Assembly: GCA_050084985.1 (NCBI GenBank)
Contig: JBITNC010000001.1
Location: 159,340,001 to 159,404,000 of the forward strand
Reading direction: 5' to 3'
Length of the DNA: 64,000 bases
Source of the DNA: Nageia nagi
Taxonomy: Eukaryota > Plantae > Pinophyta
Each line of letters starts with the position of its first letter. The stretch's first letter is position 1. Positions 1 through 14,856 of this stretch are shown one piece after another. The notes beneath the pieces are model-generated. The model made no database searches. It was given only the letters and a program-made list of their open reading frames with translations, and was not told the DNA's origin. A program made the position numbers and the translations under genes.

Positions 1-99
1 TATAATAATATAATACCCTTAAATAATGGAGGAAATTAAAAGTGGTAAAACTATTAGAAAGAAATAAAGAGAGTATATTATTATACATAAAAATCACAA

Positions 100-2340
100 C
101 ACAAGCATCTAGAAGCAAGATGCTTGCATCACCACCACCTTTCAACTTCTCCTCGGAGGTGCCTCGATCATCATCACTGATTATAACTCCCTTAAAATTG
201 ATGCATTCTCCCCAAAGGTTAGGATATCATATGCCAAGTTTCCCCTTCAATATGAAGACTCATCCGTCATTAGGTAGCTTATCATAGGTGGTACAAATGA
301 GAAAGGATCCAAGCCAAGCAAGATAGATCTTCTCAAAAGCTCCTAAGATGGAGATGACATCAACCTAGTAAGGTATCATAAAGATGAACTAAGGTCAGCT
401 TACTAGGTTGGATGACATCAACCAAATAATAATGAACTACCAATAGGAAAGAGTAGTCAAAAAGAGGATCCCAATATGAGGAAATAGCATCAACCCAACA
501 AAATAATCCAATGGGTAACTATTGTTGGAAGTATGAGGAAATCATGTTAGCAGTAGAGAGATGAATTCATGATAAGCAAGAGAAGTCAAAAGTAAGATCC
601 CACCTAGAGATAATGTTAGTAATAGGGAACAATTTCAAAATAAAATAAGGCCAAGCATCCCAACCTAAGGGCATTAGCAACTAACTGATTGAAGTCAAAT
701 CACCATGTAGGATAACATTAGCATCAAAACCTCAAATATTTAACAAAGGGAAATGATCATTTTATAAGAGAAAATCCCAAAGGTTTCAAAGGTAAGAGAT
801 AACATTAATAGGAGGATGTTAATATTAAAAGCATTAAGGTCAACAAGTATCATAGCGATGATGCCATTGATGGTATCTCCAACTACTGAAAGCTATGTAC
901 TAAGGGAAAAAGGGATAAATGAGGGTCAAACCATATGATTCAAAGCCTTATAAATACTCATTTCATAAGCTACTTCCCCTAGAAGTTCCCTAGTACTAAC
1001 ATTCAATACTTACGGCATATAGTGGGACAAAGTTTAGCAAATATGAAGACTAGTCTAGTTAGAGTTTGATGCTGGTTAGTTGGAGATCAAGGCAATATTT
1101 TATTAAGCATTTCGATTGCATGATAAATTTCCAAAATTATGTAGGATCAATACATAATCTAGCTATTATGCATGTAGCAAGAGACTTAGGCTTCATAATT
1201 AGCAAAGAAACAAGCATAAGTCTCCAAGTGGGATATACTTCCATTGATAATCTTATCATAGTTATGAGCATGTATAAAATGACCATTGTATCAATAAACA
1301 TAGTTCACTATTTGAACTATGGGTTCATGCATGGAAATTATGATAGTAAAGCTATGTACAAAGATTGTATTAAAATCCTAAAGTGATATAAACATAGATC
1401 TTCTAGTAATGTCTAAGTGTTTTAAATTTGATATCTTATTTTGAATAGCATAACTGTAGATTTGTGATAGTAGGTTTAAGAGTTAGTTAAAGTATCAAAG
1501 AATCTATAAATAGATTTATTGTATTTTTCTTGGTGGCTCATCTATTATAAATAGAGATCTCAATATTGTATTAGGAGAGGATTATTTGATATTTGCCCTT
1601 TTATAATGGAAAATCACTTATGTTGCATCAAATTGGATTTGGTCATGTTTGCTCTTTTATTTCAGTATCTGTATTTTTAGGTGTTTATAAGGATGGATTT
1701 GATCAATTATTCCTATGTATGAGATGTAGTTGAATGATGTATTAGTAGTTGTTATGCCTCTCCCTCTTGTTTCATATATGTGAGTTTGTATTTTATATGT
1801 GATTGTGAGTTGAGTTTCCACCCCATCGTTCTAGTGTATTATTTTGGAAGCCCAGGATGGCTTTGAGCTTCATCCTTTCCATTTATTTCTAGTAACTCTT
1901 ATCTTTTTTAAGAGTTAGACTCTTTTCAACACCCCTATCTCTTTCTTTCTAACACTTTTGACCTAGCATAAAAGGCACTCCATGTCTACTGGAGCAGGTA
2001 TTTGAATTAATAAGAATTAGAATTGAACCATGAAGCCTCAACCTTGTAGCTTGCATCTTTTTCCATAAGTACATGCACCCATAGGATGTTGGTCACTATA
2101 TTTATGGGTCATCCATCCTAAGGCCCCAAAGTTTCAATTGCTCTATCTAGGGAGGCATTTTCTTTTCAAGGAGAGGATTTTAATTGAGGGATCTACTACT
2201 CTAACAATGTGTGGAGAGTTCTCATAGAAGGTAGTTCATCTAAGCATTGGCTTGTAAAATTAGAGGTTAGACATGTTTTCCATTCAATGTTTGCTAGTAT
2301 GATCTTATTCCAATACATCTTGCATAATTGCTCTTTAATA
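100..2340. repeat. Copy 1 of a ~2.2-kb diverged direct repeat (retroelement-like; LTR-type TATAAATAGAG motif)
   Basis: Colinear with ~4610-6820. Examples: agcaagatgcttgcatcaccaccacctttcaacttctcc (~114) vs agcaagatgcctacatcatcaccacatttcaacttctcc (~4629); ttttataatggaaaatcacttatgttgcatcaaattggatt is identical at ~1600 and ~6073. Confidence 0.85.
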
Positions 2341-3500
2341 GTTTTTGGTATGCCCATTGGGGCATGTAGCACACACTCAAAGGTATTATTTAGGCTTTCA
2401 ACAGAAACATGTACACTAGGTGTATTATATTTGTAGATAAAGTATGAAGTTCAGTTAACCCCCAAATTGTAAAAATAAAAATGAATCCTATCTCTCGTAT
2501 AGTTTTGGCCATGACCTTGTACAATAAATATATTTTCTAATCGAATAGTTGTTTAGTTGTTTCTTTTGCAACCCCCATTTCTTTTCAAGATGTAGATCTT
2601 TTGCTATACATGATACTCTTCCTATATCTTATCTCACATGTATATAATAAGGTTTGGATATAAATTCTTTAAGCCTAGTCTGAACATTGGGCTTGAGGTC
2701 AATTATCATAACATAGTTAGGTATCATCATGTACATTTGAGTTGTTTTTCATCCATTACCATTAAAATTGTTAATGTAATTTAATAGCATACATAATATC
2801 AAGGGTCAAGTACCCAACAACTTGGGTAAAGATACATCAAGAGGAGACTACAAATAAATAAAATTACCACCAAGGTAAGAAAGCCAAAGAAAATATGAGT
2901 TGATAAATTATGAATAAATGATATTAGCAAAAGAAAATGTCTAGCCTAAAATCTACTTGAGTCCCTCCAGTGATGATCGACATCAAAACTAAGGGAAACA
3001 CCCTACATTTTTCAAAATTTAGATTGCTCCAAACATGATCCAAGATATATTAGATCCCTTACAGTAAGTATGGATATTCTCAACATAAATCTATGATGTA
3101 TAGTTCTATTTTACTGATGAGGTGGATATAAGGTATGGCTATTCCCAAGGACTAAATCAAATATAAATGCTACATGAATTAGCTAGTACCTTGGGAGATA
3201 TAGTCAGGATTTCCATGATCATCACAACATGTGGATATATCAAAAATCCCTTATTCCTTTGAAAAAGTCTATGCATGACCTGAATCAAGATAAATACTAG
3301 AAGATGAGGATCTATTAATGACATCAATTAGTGCATAACCAGTTTCTAATAAGAGCATATATATCTTGATGAAAATATTTCATGCATTAGTTTAACTTCA
3401 TAACTTTATCAAATTTCCTAATTCACTGTATTAGGCTTATAATGATTTACAATTATGGATTAGCTAATAAGATGGGTTGATTGTAGATCTATTAAATACA
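1980..3500 (-). pseudogene. Very degenerate ORF remnant, probably an LTR-retrotransposon accessory (plant-mobile-domain-like) ORF
   Basis: Minus-strand frames give protein-like stretches broken by stops (e.g. CKMYWNKIILANIEWKTCL, WGLTELHTLSTN). The resemblance to accessory ORFs of gymnosperm LTR elements is from memory only. Confidence 0.3.
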
Positions 3501-4609
3501 GGTGAAGGTTGTCAAGAGTTAGCATTGATTCCCATTCTAAAAAAAAGAAAATAAAACTAAAGGATAGTATGCTTTCCAACTCAAACAACCATAAATGGAA
3601 AATCACTCAGCCAAAGTGAATATAGATCATCAAATCTCTAATTAATTTTTATTTTGATACCAAGATAGATCAGCCTCCTAAACACTTTCGATCAAGGATA
3701 AAGCTTAAGCTTAAATACTAGGCAAATACCATAGTTTGTTATAAAAATGTAAAGGAAAGGATGGATCCCAAGAAAGAAGAGATGTAGATATGTGCCTATG
3801 AAGCCATACCTTGGTTTGATAGTGATGTACATTAGTGTTTTTTGTTCTTCCTATGGCATCTTAATCCCTGACATCCTTTCCCAAATCCTATTAATTTGGG
3901 AAAAATGCTAAGACCCTTTTGGTTTAAGTATTCCAAATCATTCCCCTACCCTGTTTGTTGAACTCTCTTATCCCTCCTCATAAAGCACCCCACTCATTTC
4001 TTTGTTATCCTTTACTTGAACTTCTTTCATTTTAGAAGATCAACCACTACCACCATGGTTTAAGTATTCCAAATCATGGTGTGGTTCCATCCTATGCACA
4101 CTCCTATCTTTCCTCATACGTTTTCTTCCTCCTCCACTCCTTGGTTACCCTCCACCCCACCCTCATGCATTTTCTCTACTAGCTTCTTGGTCACCTCTCC
4201 TGCTTAGGGAGATTTCCATCTTCCAAATAGTAATCCTTCTTCTACCTGCAACTCATCGTTTCTCCTTCTATGCGTACCTCATTTCTTCCCTCTCCACATT
4301 ATGTTCCACACCTTACAAAGGTCTGATTTCATAGGTATTTTTAGACTTATAAGGAAATAACACCCTTGAATTATGATCATATGCAAGAGAGGGAATTTCT
4401 AAGGATAAGGTTCAAGAAAATAAATTCTAAAAGCCAAAATTAGATAAGTTTCCAAAAGAAGAATATTGAGAAAATTTGTATGTAGCATTTGCATTTTTCT
4501 CCCATCTTCTTGGACTCATATTTTTCCTATGTGGTTTCCTCTTTATCATTGCATAAAGCTCTAGATTCACTAAAGTTTTTGGTAAAGGGGGAAAAATATA
4601 CATAAAAAT

Positions 4610-6820
4610 CATAACAAAAGCATTCAAGAGCAAGATGCCTACATCATCACCACATTTCAACTTCTCCTTGAAGGTGCCTTGACCATCATCACTAGCTAGA
4701 ACTCCATTTGAATTGATGCATGCTCCCCAAAGGTTAGGATATCATCTACCAAGCTTCCCCTTCATCATAAGGACTCATATGATGTTGGGTAGCCTACCAG
4801 AGGTGGTACAAATGAGAAAGGATCCAAGCTAGGTAATATATATCTTATCAAAAGATCTTGAGCCAAATATGACATCAACCTAGCAAGGTATCATGAAGAT
4901 GAACTAAGTTTGGCTCACTAGGTTAGATGACATTAGCCAAATAAAAATGAACACTCAAAATGTAAGAGTAGTAAAAAAGAGGACCCCTATTTGAGGAAAT
5001 GACATCATACCAATAAAATAATATAATGGATGACTATTGTTGGAAGTTTTATGAAATGATATGAGCAACAAAATGATGAACTCCCAACAAGTAAGAGCAG
5101 TCAAAAGCAAGACCTCGCTTGAAGATGATGTTAGTAATAGGAAAGAACTTCAAAATGAACTAAGATCAGGCATCCTAGCATTAGTGATCAAATAACTAAA
5201 ATTAGATCATCATATAGGAAATAATCATTTAATAAGAGAAAATCCCCAAGGTTTCAAAACACGTAAACAACATCACAAGTGGATGTTAATGTTAAAAGCA
5301 TTGAAGTCAAAAAGTCTCAAGGGGATGATGGCATTGATCGTGTCTCCTACTACTAGTAGCTATATGCTAAGGGGAAAATAGGTAAATGAGGGTCTAATCA
5401 TCTAATTCAAAGCATCAACAATACCTAGAGCATAAGTTACTTCCCTCGAAAGATCCTTAATACTAACATTCATCACTTCTAACATATGGTGAGGTAAATT
5501 TTAGCAAATATGAAGACCAATCTAGTTAGATTCTGATACCTATTAGTTGGAGATCAAGGCAACATTTGATCAAGCATGTTGGTTGCATGATAAAGTTCCA
5601 AAATTACCTAGGATCAATATATGATTTGGCTATTATGTATGTAGCATGAGACTCAAGCTTCATGAGTAGCAAAAAAATAAGTAGAAGTCTCCAAGTGGAA
5701 TATGCTTCCACCAATAATCTTATCATAGATATGAACATGTATAAAATGACCAATTTATCAGTTAACATAATTAATTGTTTGAACTAAGGAGTCATGCATG
5801 GAAATATCAACCTATGTTGGTCAAGCTATGTATAAAGATTGTATTAAAATCCTAAAGTGATCTAAACAAAGATATTCTAGTAATGTCTAAGTTTTTTGAA
5901 TTTGATATCTTGTTTTGAATAGCATGACTATCAATTTGTGGTAATAGGCTTAAGAGTTAGTTAAAGTATTAGAGAATCTATAATTAGGTTTATTGTATTT
6001 TTCATGTCAGCTCATCTTTTATAAATAGAGAGCTTAATATTGTATTAGGAGAGGATTATTCAACATTTTCCCTTTTATAATGGAAAATCACTTATGTTGC
6101 ATCAAATTGGATTGGGTCATGTTTGCTCTTTTGTTTCAGTATTTGTATTTTTTGGTGTTTATAAGGATGGATTTGATCAATTATTCTTATGTTTGGAATG
6201 TAGGTGATTGATGTATTAGTAGTTATTATGCCTAGCCCTCTTGTCGTAAATATGTGAGTTAAAGTTTGTATTTTGTTTATGACTGTGATCCGAGTCTCCC
6301 CCCCTTGGTTCAAGTGTATTATGCCAAAATCTTGGGAGGGCCTCGAGCTTCATCCTTCTTATTTCTTTCTAGTAACTTTTATCTTTTCTGATATTTAAAC
6401 TTTTTACAACACCCCTATCTCTTTATTTCCAACACTTTTGAACCTAGCATGAAAGGGACTCCATGCCTATTGGAGTAGGTCTCCAACCTATTAAAAATTG
6501 GAATTGAACTATGAAGCCTTGACCTTTTGACCCTTGTCTTTGTCTATGAGGACATGCACCCATGGGATGTTGGTCACTCTATATGTGGGTATTCTGTACC
6601 AAGGTCCTAAAGTTTCATTTGCTCTATCTAGGGAGGTGTTTTCTCTTTAAGGATAGTATTTTTACTGAGGGATATGCACCTCTATTAGTGGGTAGCAATT
6701 TCTCAAAGAAGGCATTTCATCTAAGCATCGACTTGTAAAACTAGAGGTTGGAGAAGCTATCCATCCAATGTTAGCTAGTATGATCTCATCCTAGCACATC
6801 CTTTATCATTACCAATTAAT
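4610..6820. repeat. Copy 2 of the ~2.2-kb repeat, ending at the junction with copia element 1
   Basis: See copy 1. Similarity runs to ~6820, where the copia LTR begins. Confidence 0.85.
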
Positions 6821-6822
6821 AA

Positions 6823-9800
6823 TTACATTAATCAAAATAGGGTTTAAATACAATGAATACTCCGAGGTTACATTCTCATAAAACTATAGATTTAGTAAAC
6901 TACCATAAAACCTGAATATGTATGATTAAATATTAGTAACTATACAAATGTATTATTTAAATTTATTAATACCTAAAGTACCTATTAATTTAATGTATTA
7001 TTGTAACATTCCTCCCATAATACATTAGGTCCTCAAAGAACAAGAGGAAACTCCTAAAGTATTCAAACTTTCCACTATTAAGAGATTTGGTGAAGATATT
7101 TGTAGTTTGCTCTTTTATGGAAATGCAACAAACTTGAATGTTATGTAGTAAAACATGGTAATAGATGAAATGCACCTTTATTTCAATATGTTTGGTGCTC
7201 TCATGGAAATATAATAATTATGAACCATATTCAACACACTTTGATTATCATAGTGCAAAATTATAGTGTATTTTTGTGGAATTCTAATATTTATCAAAAT
7301 GTGAAGTAACCATACTACTTCACAAACAACACCAGCTACAACATGGTATTCTGACTTTGTGGTAGACTTGGATATGATGCTCCTTCTTACTACCCCATGA
7401 AATCATTTTAGATCCAAGAAGAACACATATCCCATCATTTATCTTTTATCATCCAAGGATCCTCCATAATTTATATTTGTGTATCCAATCATGATTAACT
7501 TATCATTCTTCTTATACTCTAGGCTATAACTATCATTGCCATTGATGTATCTCAAAACATTCTTTATCACAGTCCAATGGACCTTCTTTGGTTCATGCAT
7601 AAATCATAAAAAATAACTAACAACATAGAAAATAATCATTTTGGTGTATGCTAGGTAAATTAACCCTCCAATTAGTTGATGGTAGAGAATTGCATGCACC
7701 AATGGAGAACATTCATGGCATGATAAATATAAACTAGGTTCAATTAGCATGGATATTGGTTGGCAACATGTCATACTAAATTTCTTAAACAAAATCTTAG
7801 TGTACTTCATTTGTGAAGTAAATATTTTGTCATGCATCTTTCATACCTCCAATCTGAGGAAATAGTGAAGTAAACCAAGGTCTATCATGTCAAATGATCT
7901 TTTGAGATCATCTTTGTAAGATGTGATCAACTCCTTAGTACTAATTTTGATAACCATATCATCTACATATACTACAACAATGATAATATCCCTCCCTTTA
8001 TGTTGTCTAAGGTAGAGGCAGGTTAGGATCATGTTGACTCCTATTGAAACCATGTTATAGTAGGTGTCCATCAATTTTTTTATACCAAGCTCTTGGAACC
8101 TATTTCAAGTCATATATAGGTGTGATCAATCTACACACTTTTTCCTTATCTAGATCAATCACAAACCCTTCAAGTTGCTTGATGTATACTTCTTCCTCTA
8201 AGTATCCATTCAAGAAGGCACTTTTCACATCCATCTATGGAATTTCCATTCAAATTGTGCAACCATTGCAATTATAGTGTTCTTCTTATTGGATGTGGGA
8301 GAAAAAGTCTCCTCATAGTCAATAGCTTCCTCTTATCTATATCCTTTGGTAACTAATCAAACCTTATGCTTATCAAGTGTTTCGTCAAATTTGTGCTTTA
8401 TTTATAACACTCATTTGTAACAAATGACCTTATTTCTAGGTGGAAGTTCTACTAACTTTCACTTGCCATTTGTCATCAATGCATTGTACTCAAATTGCAT
8501 GGCTAACTTCTAATGTAGTAGGTTGATTATTTCATGAATCATTTCAATTTTGATCGTATTCCCCATTATGCTCATCAATTCCAAGTTCACTTCCTCATGA
8601 TCAATGCTTCATTTCCTTGATCTAGATATGGAAGTGTCTAGTGAAGCACTCACGTTTGAATCCTACAATGTCTTTTGGTACCATTTTGGTTATCTAACAT
8701 TATCAGATGATAAGTTCACAACTGGAGCTTCTCTCTCATCATCCTTATTATCATAATTGATATTGGGATCACTTTTAGGTTTAGGTACTACTACAAGTGG
8801 ACTAGTTGAAGATTCACCAACCTCATCAAAAATTACATCTCTACTGATATATATCTTTTGAGTAGTAGGATCCATGAGTTTGTATCCTTTAGATTCAGTA
8901 CTATACTAGAGAATAATGCACTTTATATACTTGTAATACAATTTCTTTCTTTTCTTTTTGGAAATTTGTATAAAGGTAGTGCAACCAAATACTCAATGAT
9001 GTGAGATAGATGGTTTCACTCTTGTACATGCTTCTTCAGGTTTCATCCCATCAAGATCCTTATAAGGTTCTTTATTTAGCATATGTACTTCAATGTTTAT
9101 GGCATCAACATAATATTTTCTATCCAAATTTGCACCTTTTAGCATACTTCTTACCATTTCAACTATGGTTTAAATTTTCATTACAAACCCCATTTTATTA
9201 TGGTGAGTAGGGTGTGCTCAACAATGCAAAAAACTCATTTGATATATATTTTAACTCTTTATCTAAGTAAAGAACATGGATGTAATGACTAGTGACATTC
9301 TCCACATGAGCTTTGAAATACTAAAAGGTTTCATCCTTTATTTTTAATAAGTACACCCATATTTTTTGGAGTAACCATCAATAAATAAGAGGAAGTATCT
9401 TAGCCAAATGTTATTATCACTCATGGCTCCACACAGACTGATGTGAATCACATCAAGAGATCTTGTACCATGATATTTGCTAACCTTAAATGAAATTCTA
9501 TGTTGTTTCCCTATAATTCAAGTAGAAAAAATATTAGTAGGAGAAGCTAAAGATGGGAGATCGCATACCATATCCTTCTTTTTCAAGGTTATTAGTTAAT
9601 TTAAATTCATATGTGCAAAAAATTAGTACCAAAGAGTGGTGACATCTATAACACAAACATTAAGAGGTTGATTTTTGGAAGCTACAACATCAAGTAGAAA
9701 CATCTTCCCAATTCCTTGAACTTTGGTTATAATTTAATAATATCTTGATTTGTATAAGATGAAGAAAAATTTCTTTCCATTCATAGTTTTAAACTCCACA

Positions 9801-12703
9801 TTCATATTATCTTTCAACATTTAACTAATTAACAATAGGTTCTTTGTGATCCCTAGAACATACAAAACCACTTTGATCTAATAGTTATTCTTTCCAAGTC
9901 AAACTTGAACATTGCCCTTGCCTTCAATGTCATGGGGTGTATCATCTCCCAAATATACTTGACCAAGATGTGATTTTTTTTCCAAAGAAACAAACCAATC
10001 CTTTTGGCTAGTCATGTGCTTGGAAGTACTAGAATCAACATACTAAGTGGATGAAACTAAGGATTTCTCTTGATGAACAAGAGTAAGATTTTCAAATTCA
10101 TTAGTCACTTCTTTAGCATCATTGGTAATATTTTCTTGTTGTTGTGTTTGTGGAAGTGGTCTTCTTTTTTTCCACTTCCCTTGATTCTTAAAATTTGTTC
10201 CTTTTTTATTTTTATTCTTATTACTCAAAGAGCCTTGAGCAAAATAATTGTACCAACAATCCTACAATTCATGCCCTTTCTTGCCACAAATTATACAACT
10301 TTTCTTTTGCTTGTCATTCGATTGCGAGAATATTTTTATTTTGCCTTTCTATTGGATATGCTTATTGCCTCTTTTATTGGACATCATGGATTGTTCCTCT
10401 TCATGAGAATTTACATGTGAAACTTCTTCTTATTGTAACATATTTACCAACTCTTCAATGCCAAGTGTTTACTTTAGGATGTTTAATGTTGTCACAAAGG
10501 TACAGTATGTCTCTAGGAGTGATACAAAGTTAATGGGTATAAGAAGCTTATCTTCCACCATATTACCTAATTATAGTGAGGTAATGAGGTCCACAACTCT
10601 ACAAAGAAAGGATTCAATTTTTTCACCACTTTTTAAGTTTTAGTATGTGTAACCATCCTTGCAAATGTAGAATTTGATTTTGATTCTTTGATGGAAAAAC
10701 TTGCTACAATTTCTTTCATGCTTCTATAACATCTTTGGAATATTGAACATAAGGTTGTATATCATAAAAAATTCCAAGTAAAATGATCATGCAATCTTTC
10801 CTACTTCTTTGATTAAATTTAGTTTGGGCTTCACCAATTATCATTAGACAAGTCTCTTTTCCAGTTACAATATCCTATAATTCTTCAAATTCTAAGATTG
10901 CTTGAATTTTTTTTCCAAATGGCATAATGATTACTCTTTAACACTTATGAATTAGGTAGTAAAATCTTTGGGGTGGGATGGGACATCTTATCTTCAATCA
11001 TTGATCTTCAAATTCATGATTTTCAAAAAAATATTTACTCTCTCTTGAGTTTGCAAATTTTCCAAGTTTTGGTTTGCCTTCAAAGATCATTTCAATCACC
11101 AAGGTATTCAATAGGCTCAAAAAAAAAATTTTATATACCTTTAATTTTAACAAATACTTTAAAAATAATTTAGGACATGTAAAAATTATTTTGTAATGGA
11201 TATTTGAACTCATGACCTCTTTTTGTACAATTGGATGCCTTGCCAATGCATAAAGGGGCTTCATCTTATTTAAATCATGTATCATTTTTATTTTGTTTAC
11301 ATTTAAGGAATACATTATTTTTAAATCAAAATTTGATCTTGGAAAAGTTTTGCAAGGTTTATGAATGTTCTTGGTGGGTAGTCATTTCAACTACTTAAAA
11401 ACTCTTCAATTATTTTATCTCTTCAAATAAATATTTGTTGGATAAATATTATATTGCTCAACATTTTATGATTTTCCTACAAAGGTTGTAATATTTTTTC
11501 AAAAAATTTAATCAAACTTTAGGCTTTTAATTAAATTTTTTAGGTAGGTGGTTGCAAGTCTTTGGTTGCTAAGACAAGGTACTAGGGTTGATTGTTTGAA
11601 ATATATGCAATGCAAACATAGTTTGATGGAATGCATAAGATGGAAAGCAACATGGAGGAAGTGCATGGAGAGTAAATGCATATTTTTCTTGATACAACTA
11701 TAGATACATAATGCTCTATATGCATTTGGACACTTATGTACCTAGACTATAGACAGTGTGATGAGAGTGAAAGACTATGATAATATAAATCATTTTTTAG
11801 TTAAAGCTTTATTCTATTTTCTCTACTTTATGGTGTGCATAGAAGGCTCCACAGGGAGGAGAACCTCAAGATTCAAACTATCACACAAAAAATATGCCAA
11901 GGAGAGTGGGTGAACAATTTGTTGTAATGGACAGTCTATTTCATGGAATGTAATTCTCTTCAATTTCTACGGGTAATGGGAAGATGGGTGCAAGACATAA
12001 GAAGGGAATAAGTATGCAATGTACAATTTGCTTACTGCATATGCATATACACACTCCACTCCACTTTTAAATGTGTCTTTAACTATCAAAACTTGTTTAT
12101 TATCTTACTAAGGTTTGGAGTATGGTATGGGTGAGTGTTGTGTAGTAAGAAGAGTATTATTTCATAAGCATTTCTTAGGCATATTTTTAACTAACACATA
12201 TATAGATCCACACTACTCTTCTACATTGTTCAACAGTAGATCTCTCATTCTTTCTCTTAACATGAATTTCCTCACATGGAAATATAATGGATGTGTTTAT
12301 CTTTATTACAAGGATTCCGATCACTTCTTTACACATATCAAGGTTCTTAATATTTTATACACAACAATCATCCAAAGTAAGGTAAGTTGTATGCACACAA
12401 AAAAATCTCATTTTCTATAGATATATAATTTTTTATTCTCCACAAGAATCATCCCTTGGTCATGGATAATAACCATCACTTTATAGGGTAGATTATGAGA
12501 AGAAAGAAATTTTCACTTGCATTAATCAAAATAGGATTTAAATACAATAAGTGTTAGAGAGTTGCATTCTCATAGAATAATAAGCTTAGTAAACTACAAT
12601 AAACCCTAAATATTTATTTATTAAATATTAGTAACTATATCAATGTATTATTTAAATATATATCTACCTAAAGTATATATTAATCAAATGTATTATTGTA
12701 ACA
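6823..12703 (-). mobile_element. Ty1/copia LTR retrotransposon 1 (degenerate, full gag-PR-IN-RT-RH order)
   Basis: Paired ~186-bp LTR segments at 6823-7008 and 12517-12703, each starting TGTTACAA on the minus strand. A purine tract (ttatgggaggaa, minus) lies at 7009-7020. Copia domain order is seen on the minus strand. Confidence 0.93.
7030..10960 (-). pseudogene. Copia gag-pol pseudogene
   Basis: Gag Zn-knuckle CIICGKKGHEL*DCW (~10260-10300); protease VDSSTSKHMT (~10020-10040); integrase LDVIHISLCG and ISRDVIFDE (~8830-9460); RT VVVYVDDM and FDMIDLGLLHYFL (~7860-7980); RNase H QTTNIFTKSL (~7080-7110). Many stops and frameshifts. Confidence 0.92.
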
Positions 12704-13544
12704 AAAACTCAAGTAGAAGTGAATATATTCATGAACTGCAACTAAGGAAGACTAGATAAGTGTACTATAAAAAATCATTAATGGTGGTGGTGATTTCCAT
12801 AAAAAAGTATATAAAATCTTATATGATTGTAAAGGTTCTGAAAGGACTACCCAACATAAAAGGAACCACATAAAATAGATGGATATAACTAAAGTTATAG
12901 CCCTCGAAAGTAAACTAGTTTGAAATAGGGTAGTTTGAGATAACAATGATTACTTCTTGATCTAATACATGAAATGAAATAAAAATAAATACCCACTAGG
13001 CTAAAATAACATGAATTAGGTGAATATCATCTTGTTTTTAGCTCCAGACATGATATTTAATATTAAACAATTGATTACTTGATCAAGTATCACCCATAAG
13101 ACATAAATGCAAGTAAAAAGTTGCAGAGCATTTTCTCTTGCTATTATTTATGCAAAAATGAAATCAATACTATCATAATAAAATACAATGAGGGATAATA
13201 TCTCTTTTAAATACCTTGAGAAGAATGATTGTGTTTGATACTCTAGAAAATTTTTGATGGAAAGATAAAATATGCCCATAAAATCTATGTAAAGCACTAC
13301 AAATAAGATGGAAACCCATATTTTGTAGTGGTAAGGAATGTGGAAGAATTATGATTCCATATAAAAGCATACAATATTCATTTGGAAGCCTATGATACAT
13401 TAATGGCAGGTATTGTAGGTTATTGAGACAAGTTGCATGTTATCATGGGAGGAGTGTGGAGTCAATTGTGGTAACATGATTTCATAAAATTTCAAAAATA
13501 AAAAATATGAAACACTATAATATTTCATTCTCATCCTTAATGTC

Positions 13545-14186
13545 AATGGTTTACATGTTAATTATATATTTGAGATGAAGAAATCGATTTATTGCTAATA
13601 GTTTAGTGAATATATCTACAAGTTGATCTTCATACTTGTAATATTTGAATTCAATAAATCCATATTGTACTAAATATCTCATGAAATGATGGAAAATATT
13701 GATATTCTTGCTTTTGCTTTGAAATATAAGATTATTTTTCATGGAAATGGTGTTGGTATTTTCACATTAAATTTTGATCTACTGACGAATCTCCATGCCC
13801 AAGTCTTCAAATTATTTAGCCATATAAATGAATTGAGTGCAAGCAAAGGAAGTAACATAGATTCTACTTTGATAATTTATAGATCAATTATCTATTGCTT
13901 CTTACCACTCCATGAGATTAGCGATTTTCTCCAATTTGCATCTATGTATGCTACCAAATCATCAAAGTTGGTAGCTTTATAGTAGAGGCCAAATTCTTTG
14001 GTACCACATGGGTAGCTAAGAGATACAATAGGATACCAAAAAAATGGCATGTACAGGGTTATATCAATAAGATGAAAAGAATCATCTTTCATAAATTTGC
14101 AATCAATGAATTTTGTTGTAACAACAAGTTTTGCAATTCTTCATGGTGAACTTAGCAAGCATATCATCAACATACTTGGTTTGAGC
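13545..14186 (-). pseudogene. Copia RT C-terminal half plus RNase H
   Basis: AQTKYVDDMLAKFTMKNC from 14186, then LVAYIDANW, SKNINIFHHFMRYLV and EDQLVDIFTKLL. Confidence 0.88.
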
Positions 14187-14856
14187 TATGGAAGATGACA
14201 TAGATTAGAAAATCTAGAAAAATGATTCTTGGGAGTATGTCCCTCCTCGAAAGAGTGAGAACATCATTAGTATCAAGTGGATCTACAAGCTTGAGTATAA
14301 TGTTGATGGTAGCATATCCAAGTATAAATTCCACTTGGAAGTGAAAGGATACATTTAGAAATAAGGCCTGGACTATGAGGAGGCATTTTCTCCAATTGAT
14401 AGATTAGAGACAATAAGATCTCTATTGGCTCTAGCATCTCATTTTGGTCTTTCTATTTACTGAATGGATGTTAAATCATCCTTCTTGAATGGTGATCTAG
14501 AATAATAAGTGTACATGAATTAACCCCAAGGATCCATAATCATTTTCCATTGAAGATAACGTGTACATACTCAAGATAGCTCTTTATGGGCTCAAATAAG
14601 TAACTAGAGTGTGGTACTATAAAATTGAGACTTATTTATATCAAAATGACTATCAAAGATTTTCAATTTAAGAGACACTATGCACAAAGGTATATGTACT
14701 TGAATTCATAATCATTTATTTTTATATTTATTATATTATCTTCATGAGCAATTCGACTTCCATATTGAAACAATTTAAAGTCACCATGGTGAATGAATTT
14801 GAGATGAGTGATTTGGGTGAAATACAATATTTTTTGGGTAGTAAAGTTCAATAATG
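14185..14856 (+). pseudogene. Copia RT N-terminal half, inverted relative to the rest of element 2
   Basis: AMEDDI...IKWIYKL...GLDYEEAFSP...MDVKSSFLNGDL...FEMSDLGEIQYFLG on the plus strand. Confidence 0.9.
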
